A model generated the notes under the pieces. The model was not told the origin of the DNA. It was given only the letters and a program-made list of their open reading frames with translations, and searched no databases. DNA of 63,876 nucleotides, the filler included, from Anaerolineae bacterium (GTDB lineage Bacteria; Chloroflexota; Anaerolineae; Epilineales; Epilineaceae), in the NCBI GenBank assembly GCA_029262755.1. It is 6 parts of 6 records of this genome, joined end to end, with 100 filler letters (N's around TTAATTAATTAA, not from the genome) between each part and the next. Parts side by side here need not be neighbours in the genome. Positions count along the whole stretch, not along the records: positions 58,016 to 61,177 come from JAJCYU010000194.1; positions 61,278 to 63,876 come from JAJCYU010000235.1; 4 more parts are not named here. One strand, 5' to 3'. Made by a program: the position numbers and the translations under genes. This document shows positions 58,016 to 63,876 of the stretch, one piece after another; within the stretch, counting starts at the first letter, position 1; every line of letters starts with the position of its first letter.

Positions 58016-61007
58016 CCGCCCCGCCCCCCCGCCGCCCCACCGCCGCGCCGCCCGCCCCCCGCCCCCCCCCCGGCCCCGAGCGGCGATCCCGCCCAACGAC
58101 GGCATCGACGGCGACACGCGCTGGTTCGACATGTCCTTCACCCCGTTGCCCGGCGCCCAGCCGGGTGCCGTGAGCGCGCTGTCCGTCCGCGTCACCAATT
58201 ACGCGGATGCCCAGGGCACCGGGCAGCCGTACCGGACCCGTGACGGCAGCGCGACGATCGCCGGCGGCAGCCTCGGCACGGCGGCGACGCTGCGCATCGG
58301 GACATCGGGCGGCGGCAGCGCCTTCGAGATCGCGCAGGGCGGGCGGGTCGATGTGCCCGTGCGGGTCGAGGGCGCGGCCGGACTCGGCGCCGCGACCGTG
58401 CGCTTGCGCTGGGACCCCGAAGTGATCGTTCCGGTGCGCTGCGTGCCGGGCGACGGAGCCTTCGACGGTCGCTTCTGCAACGCCTTCGTGGCGGCCAACG
58501 AGGCGCGTGTGAATGCGGTGAGCGTGGCCGGCTTCTCGGGCGATGCGACGCTCGTGACGGCCACGTTCCGCGCAGCGGACACGGCCGCGGTGGGCGCGAC
58601 GAGCCCACTCTCGATCACGGCCTCGACCTTCGACAGTCCCGCCGGCGCGCCGCTGCCCTACCAAGTCGTGGCGGGCAGCGTCGCGATCACCGGCGGTATC
58701 GGTACCGTCGTGCAGGCCGAGCTGACGGTCGGGGGCTCGTACACGGTGACCAATGGCGCCGAGGTGACGGTGCCCATCACCGCGGTCGTCGACAACGGCC
58801 TCGCCCCGGCCGGCATCGGCGCCGGCACCTTTGAGCTGGCCTTCGACCCGGACCTGATCGACGCGCTGACCTGCACCATCAACGACGATATCGGCGGCGC
58901 GAACGGCTTCGAGGGCGGCTTCTGCAACGTCGACTACGCCGCGGGCCGCGTGCGCTTCAACGTGCTCTCCGGCGCAGGCGTGGGTGGCACGACGCGGCTG
59001 GCCGAGGTGCGCTACCGCGCCGACAACGTCTTCGGCGGAACGAGCCCGCTGACGCTGATCGTGCGCAATCTAAGTGACGCCGCAGGCGATCCGATGACCC
59101 ACCGCGCCACGCATAGCGCGCTCGAGGTGCCGCCCACGATCACACGCACCCCAACGCCGAGCGCCGTGCCCACGAATACCGCGACGCCGACTCCGGGCGG
59201 CGCGCCCACGGCAACGCTGACGCCCGGACCGTCGGCGACGCCGACCGAGACGCCGACGTCGACCGCGACGGCTACGAGCACCTCGACACCGGTGCCGACG
59301 GCGACGAACACGGCGACGCCCGCACCCTCGGCGACGAACACCTCGATCCCGCCACCCACGGCCACCGCGACCAACACCCCGACGCCAACCGTAACACCGG
59401 TGGCGACGGCAACCGGCTTGGTGCAGCATACCTTCAGCGTGGACGCAGATAGCTTCGTGCATGAGTTCGCACCGACCACGAACCTCGGCGGCTCCGCGAG
59501 CCTGCGCACGGACGGCAGCCCGATCGACAACACGTATATCCGATTCGATGTGACAGGCATCACGGGCGCCGTGCAATCCGCAAAGTTGCGTGTGTTCGCC
59601 CTCGACTCGGCCACCGGCGGCGTGTCGGTTCACGAATCGGCTGACACGACGTGGGGCGAGATGACCATCACGTACAACAACGCGCCGAGCTTCGGCGGAA
59701 GCCTTGCCACGTCGGGGGCCGTGTCGTCGTACACGTGGGTCGAGCTCGACGTAACGGCGGTTATCACGGGCAACGGCCTAGTCACGCTCGTGGTCACGGG
59801 CGACGACAATACGCGAGTTCGCTACAACGCGAAGGAGGCGCCGACGAACCGCCCGCAGCTCGTCGTGGAGACTGGCGGCGGAGGCGGCGGTACAGCCACG
59901 TCAACCCTGACCCCAGCACCGACCTCGACTTTCACAGCGACCTCGCCCGTGGCGACGGCGACGCCGACCGCGACCGGCTTGGTGGAGCACACGTTCAACG
60001 TGGACGCGGACAGCTTCGTGCACGAGTTCGCACCGACTACGAACCTCGGCGGCTCCGCCAGCCTGCGCACGGACGGCAGCCCTATCGACAACACGTACAT
60101 TCGTTTCGACGTGACGGGGCTTTCCGGCTCGGTGCAGTCCGCCAAGGTTCGCGTATTCGCCCTAGACGCGGCCACCGGCGGCGTTTCGGCCCACGAGTCG
60201 TCCGACACCACGTGGGGCGAGATGACCATCACCTATAACAACGCACCTAGCTTCGGCGGTAGCCTTGCTTCGTCTGGAGCAATCTCCGCCTACAGCTGGG
60301 TCGAGATCGACGTAACGTCGGCCATTACCGGCAACGGCCTCGTCACCCTGGTCCTCACCGGCGATGACAACACGCGCGTTCGCTACAACGCAAAGGAAGC
60401 GCCGACCAATCGCCCGCGCCTCGTGGTCGAAACGAGCGGCGGCGGCGGTGGCGCCACGGCGACGGCTATGGCAACTCCGGCGTCTACCGCCACGCCAACC
60501 GCGACGTCCCTGCCATCTCCGACGCTAGCCGCGACGCCCACGGGTCTCGTAGAATCGTCCTTCAGCGTGGATGCCGACAGCTTCGTGCACGAGTTCGCGC
60601 CAACCACAAACCTCGGCGGCTCGGCGAGCCTGCGTACCGACGGCAGCCCAATCGACAATACGTACATTCGCTTCGATGTGACGGGCATCACCGGAACCGT
60701 GCATTCGGCTACCTTGCGTGTCTTTGCGCTCGACTCCGCAACAGCCGGCATCGCCCTACACGAGTCGGCAGACACGACGTGGGGTGAGATGACGATCACG
60801 TACAACAATGCGCCGAGCTTTGGCGGAAGCATTGCCTCTTCGGGTGCGATCTCGTCCTATTCTTGGGTGGAGCTCGATGCAACGTCCGCAATCACGGGGA
60901 ACGGGCTCGTCACGTTTGTCTTAGCGGGCAACGATACGACGCGTGTGCGCCACAACTCCAAGGAAGCCCCAACGAATCGACCACAGCTGGTGATTCAGAC
61001 CCAGTAG
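58016..61007 (+). CDS. Large surface protein (5'-truncated): cohesin-like domains, Pro/Thr linker, three DNRLRE/CBM96-like repeats
   Basis: VPVRVEGAAGLGAATVRLRWDP and GIGAGTFELAFDP cohesin-like motifs; three VDADSFVHE...YIRFDV...WGEMTITYNNAP...KEAPTNRPQLV modules; frame is open upstream of ATG 58131. Confidence 0.82.
59410..61004 (+). repeat. Three ~460-bp intragenic domain repeats
   Basis: Approx. 59410-59872, 59971-60432, 60538-61004; near-identical peptides with many synonymous changes. Confidence 0.88.
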
Positions 61008-61177
61008 GGTGCATCACGGCCGGGCTTCAACGTCCAACGCAATCTCTTTTTCTCGTCCGACCCGTCGCGCGTGCGTCGGGCGCGACCGACCACCAGGATT
61101 CGACGACATGAGCCCAAAGACCGTGTTCAACGTGATCCGCTCCGCGCAACGCGATGTAGCCACCTGTCTCGTACTGG

Positions 61178-61277
61178 NNNNNNNNNNNNNNNNNNNNNNN
61201 NNNNNNNNNNNNNNNNNNNNNTTAATTAATTAANNNNNNNNNNNNNNNNNNNNNNNNNNNNNNNNNNNNNNNNNNNN
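61178..61277. other. Artificial contig linker
   Basis: Same 100-bp spacer. Confidence 0.98.
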
Positions 61278-62649
61278 CGTGCTCGATCCCGAGAACGCGG
61301 TCGCCGAGCGCAGTGAGGCCAACAACGCGCTCGTGATCGCAAGCGATGCGCTTTCGCTCGGGATCTGGGTGGAGCAAGGCTTCCACGACTTTGCAGCGCA
61401 GGCTGTGAGCAGCGGCACCTGGGGCGGCTCTTCGTTCGAAGACTGGCTCCAGCGCCAGGTCGCGCTGTGGAACAGCATGCTCGCCGAAGCCGTGCACCCA
61501 CTCACGCCGGAGGGCATCTACGATCGCATCCGCTTGGACCGCGTCGTGATCGTGCCGGACGGCGCGTTGGGCTGCCGCGTCGAGCAGCCTGAGCGCGACA
61601 CGGAGCAGGACCTGATCTGGGGCTTCCCTGCCGCACTGACCGGCAGCCCCGACCCCAGCTGCGACCTGCCGCCGACCTACGCCCAAAACCGCACCCTCTG
61701 GGACCGCGACCTCACGCTGCTGCACGAGCTCTCGCACGCGCGCTACCTGGCCGACAGCTACGGCCTGAACGTACGCGCGATCGAGTTGGCGCTCGTCGGC
61801 GATATCAGCGCAGACGCGCGCGAGTTGCCCGTGGCGCTGCTGCCCGGCATGCCGGCGCTTTCGCCGCCCGTTGAGCTCGTGCTCGGCGGCGAGATCGTTC
61901 GCTGCGACGATGTGGAGCGCGGCGCGTTCATCGATTGCGCGCGCGGTCAGGCAAACACGGTCGCCCGTGCGCACCGCTCCGGCACCGCGCTCTATGGCGG
62001 TGGCGTCCTGATCACGGACGGCATCGGCAACGCCCTTGCGGGCAGCGCGGCGCTGCCGGCGCGCAGCGATCACTTTCACCTCGGCCCGGACTTCGGCGCT
62101 GATTTGATGAACTACGGCGAAGCCTACGGCGAGCACTCGGCCTGGGCCTGGAACCGCATGCGCGGCCAGCGTCCGGTCTGCGGAAACTTCAACGCGCCCT
62201 GCAACCTGGGGTCCTACCTCTCCGAGCTGCCCGAGCGCACGACAATCACCCTCCGTTGGGCGGACGGCCGCCCCGCGGCCGGCGCCGCGGTGGCACTGTA
62301 TCGCCCGACACCGCGCTTCGGTTGGTATGGCCGCCGCTACGGCGACGAGCCGGACGCCGTGCTGCGCGCCGATTCGCGTGGCCGGATCACCTTGGACAGC
62401 GCCCCCTTCGGCCCACTCGGCCTCACGCACGACGAAGGCTTCAGCAACGCGGTCCTCGCGCTACGCGTCATGGATAGCCGCCGGCTTGCCGTGACCTTCG
62501 TCGATGCCGCGGACTTCAACCTGGCCCGCGCACGCGACGGCCGCGCCGCCGCCGCGATCGACGTCACGATCGCCGACTGGGCGGAACGCGCCTTGCTGGC
62601 GGCACCGCAGCAGCGGGCGCTACCCGTGACGGTGAAGGACGCAGGCTAG
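61278..62649 (+). CDS. Putative secreted zinc metallopeptidase-like protein (5'-truncated)
   Basis: LLHELSHARYL (HExxH), DLMNYG Met-turn-like segment, C-terminal transthyretin/Ig-like domain. Confidence 0.65.
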
Positions 62650-63231
62650 CTCGCACGAGCAAAAGCCCTGTAGCGGCCTGGATGGCCGAAGCGGCGGGCT
62701 TCGCCGCACGACCGCACGACCGCATCACCAATCGACTATCTTCTCGGGGCATTGGGCGGGACCGCGTGGGGCGGTCCCGCCCCCTTCTGTTGACGTGGGT
62801 GTATCGGGTCGCGAGCGATCGACACCCGGCGAATCGCTTCTCGTGGAAGGGCACCGAGGGACGTTGGTGCAACGACCGTCGCATACGCTTCGATCATGGT
62901 CGCGATGAGGCGGCCGGTGGAAAGAACGAGAGGGGTGCGTGCATGAACACAGCGACTCGCAAGCCACGACCGGACGGACGCTATCTCGCGAGCAGTCATC
63001 TCACTGCTGCTGCGACGTGCAACGTGAACGTTGCGCGACGCCCGCAGCAACCACGAAACGGCGCGTGGGCGCCCATCGGCGATACGATCGACTGACGTCG
63101 GCGAGATCGTTGGGGGCTCCGCGCGGCATGGTGGTCAGGCGGGTCGCGATGATCGTTCGGACCTGGATGCAACCCTGTGCCGGCCCAGCGCAAGATTCGG
63201 GGCAGCCGCTCGTTTCGCCGTCCAGCAACAT

Positions 63232-63261
63232 GTATACTCCCATGTAGACATAGGAGTAGAC
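63232..63261 (+). promoter_or_regulatory. Putative TA promoter/operator
   Basis: GTATAC/GTAGAC/GTAGAC at 12-bp spacing (63232, 63244, 63256), overlapping a TATACT -10-like box and the AGGAG RBS. Confidence 0.55.
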
Positions 63262-63624
63262 ATGCCAGAGTACACAACAGTGCGCGTACGCATAGAAACG
63301 CGCGAGAGCCTTCGCAGCTTGGCGGAGGCCTCCGGCCAGTCGATGGCGGCCGTGCTCGAGGAAGCCGTCGAGCGGTTGCGTCGAGATCGCTTCCTGCGCG
63401 AGGTAGCCGCAGCCTACAGCGTCGAGCGTTCCGCTCCCGACACCGCATCGTCGCTCGATGCGGAGATTCACGCTTGGGACGCCACCTTGCTGGACGGCCT
63501 CGCGCCCGAGCCGATCGCCGACGGCGAGGCGGAGGCGGAGGCGGGGGCACGTCCAGCGGCTCCGACCAGCGATGAGCACACGTATCCGCCACCGCAGGAC
63601 GAGCAAGATCGCAGCCGCTCGTGA
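63262..63624 (+). CDS. Ribbon-helix-helix antitoxin
   Basis: MPEYTTVRVRIETRESLRSLAEASGQSMAAVLEEAVERLRRDRFL; WDATLLDGL; GTGA overlap with the toxin gene. Confidence 0.82.
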   Translation: MPEYTTVRVRIETRESLRSLAEASGQSMAAVLEEAVERLRRDRFLREVAAAYSVERSAPDTASSLDAEIHAWDATLLDGLAPEPIADGEAEAEAGARPAAPTSDEHTYPPPQDEQDRSRS

Positions 63625-63876
63625 GCGAAGAGCGCATCGCCCACTTCCCTCGTCGCGGCGAGATCTGGCTCGCCTCCCTCGACCCGACGCGCGGACGCGA
63701 GCAGGCCGTAACCCGACCGGTGCTGGTCCTGTCCGAGGACCTGTTCAACGCCAGCGCTGCCGATCTGGTGATCGCCTTGCCCATCACGTCCGTGCTACGC
63801 CCCATACCCAGTCATCTTCGCATCGACCCGCCCGAAGGCGGGTTGCGCCGACCATCGGCGATCATGGTCGAAGCGG
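63621..63876 (+). CDS. mazF: PemK/MazF family toxin (3'-truncated by window end)
   Basis: Not in the ORF track. Manual translation: PRRGEIWLASLDPTRGREQAVTRPVLVLSEDLFN...ALPITS. Confidence 0.9.
   Translation, partial: MSEERIAHFPRRGEIWLASLDPTRGREQAVTRPVLVLSEDLFNASAADLVIALPITSVLRPIPSHLRIDPPEGGLRRPSAIMVEA

Noticed and set aside
58016..58080. C-rich run (possible G-quadruplex or phase-variable tract)
   Set aside because: At a contig edge; more likely low-quality sequence of a Pro/Thr linker.
24472..61277. Five identical TTAATTAATTAA palindromes within N runs
   Set aside because: Artificial six-frame-stop contig spacers. Truncations of valS, sdhA, truB, thiO and ogt are assembly edges, not pseudogenes, and synteny across the spacers is not evidence.
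62943..63095. Short ORF MNTATRKPRP... upstream of the TA pair
   Set aside because: Has a purine-rich upstream segment but no recognisable motif; insufficient support.
1..63876. rRNA, tRNA, integrase or transposase genes
   Set aside because: None recognisable by eye; tRNAscan-SE and Infernal would be needed to exclude small RNAs.

Overview
High-GC bacterial DNA, most consistent with Chloroflexota (Anaerolineae/Caldilineae-like; inferred from protein styles, not computed). It is six contigs joined by artificial 100-bp linkers (44 N + TTAATTAATTAA + 44 N), so adjacency across linkers is meaningless. Contents: housekeeping genes (mgtE, valS, sdhCA, era, ribF, truB, pruA, thiO, ogt); many secreted or surface proteins (VWA, beta-helix, LVIVD, DNRLRE/CBM96-like, cohesin); a ~22-kb surface-glycan locus (WbpA/B/D/E-like pathway, Wzx, two GT4, two sulfotransferases, two deacetylases, FkbM methyltransferase, MBOAT/SGNH O-acylation pair); and a MazF-type TA pair. 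Most notable: (1) two ungapped 201-bp miniature inverted-repeat elements with Tn3-like ends bracket a cargo gene, forming a transposase-free composite inserted at the MBOAT stop codon; (2) a recurrent C-terminal [YFW]LP-hydrophobic-basic tag on unrelated secreted proteins, one of them translationally coupled to a signal peptidase I homolog lacking its Ser/Lys dyad, which suggests an uncharacterised sorting or assembly system; (3) a locus that could make a sulfated 2,3-diacetamido-uronate glycan. All family calls come from motif recognition by eye; no searches were run.
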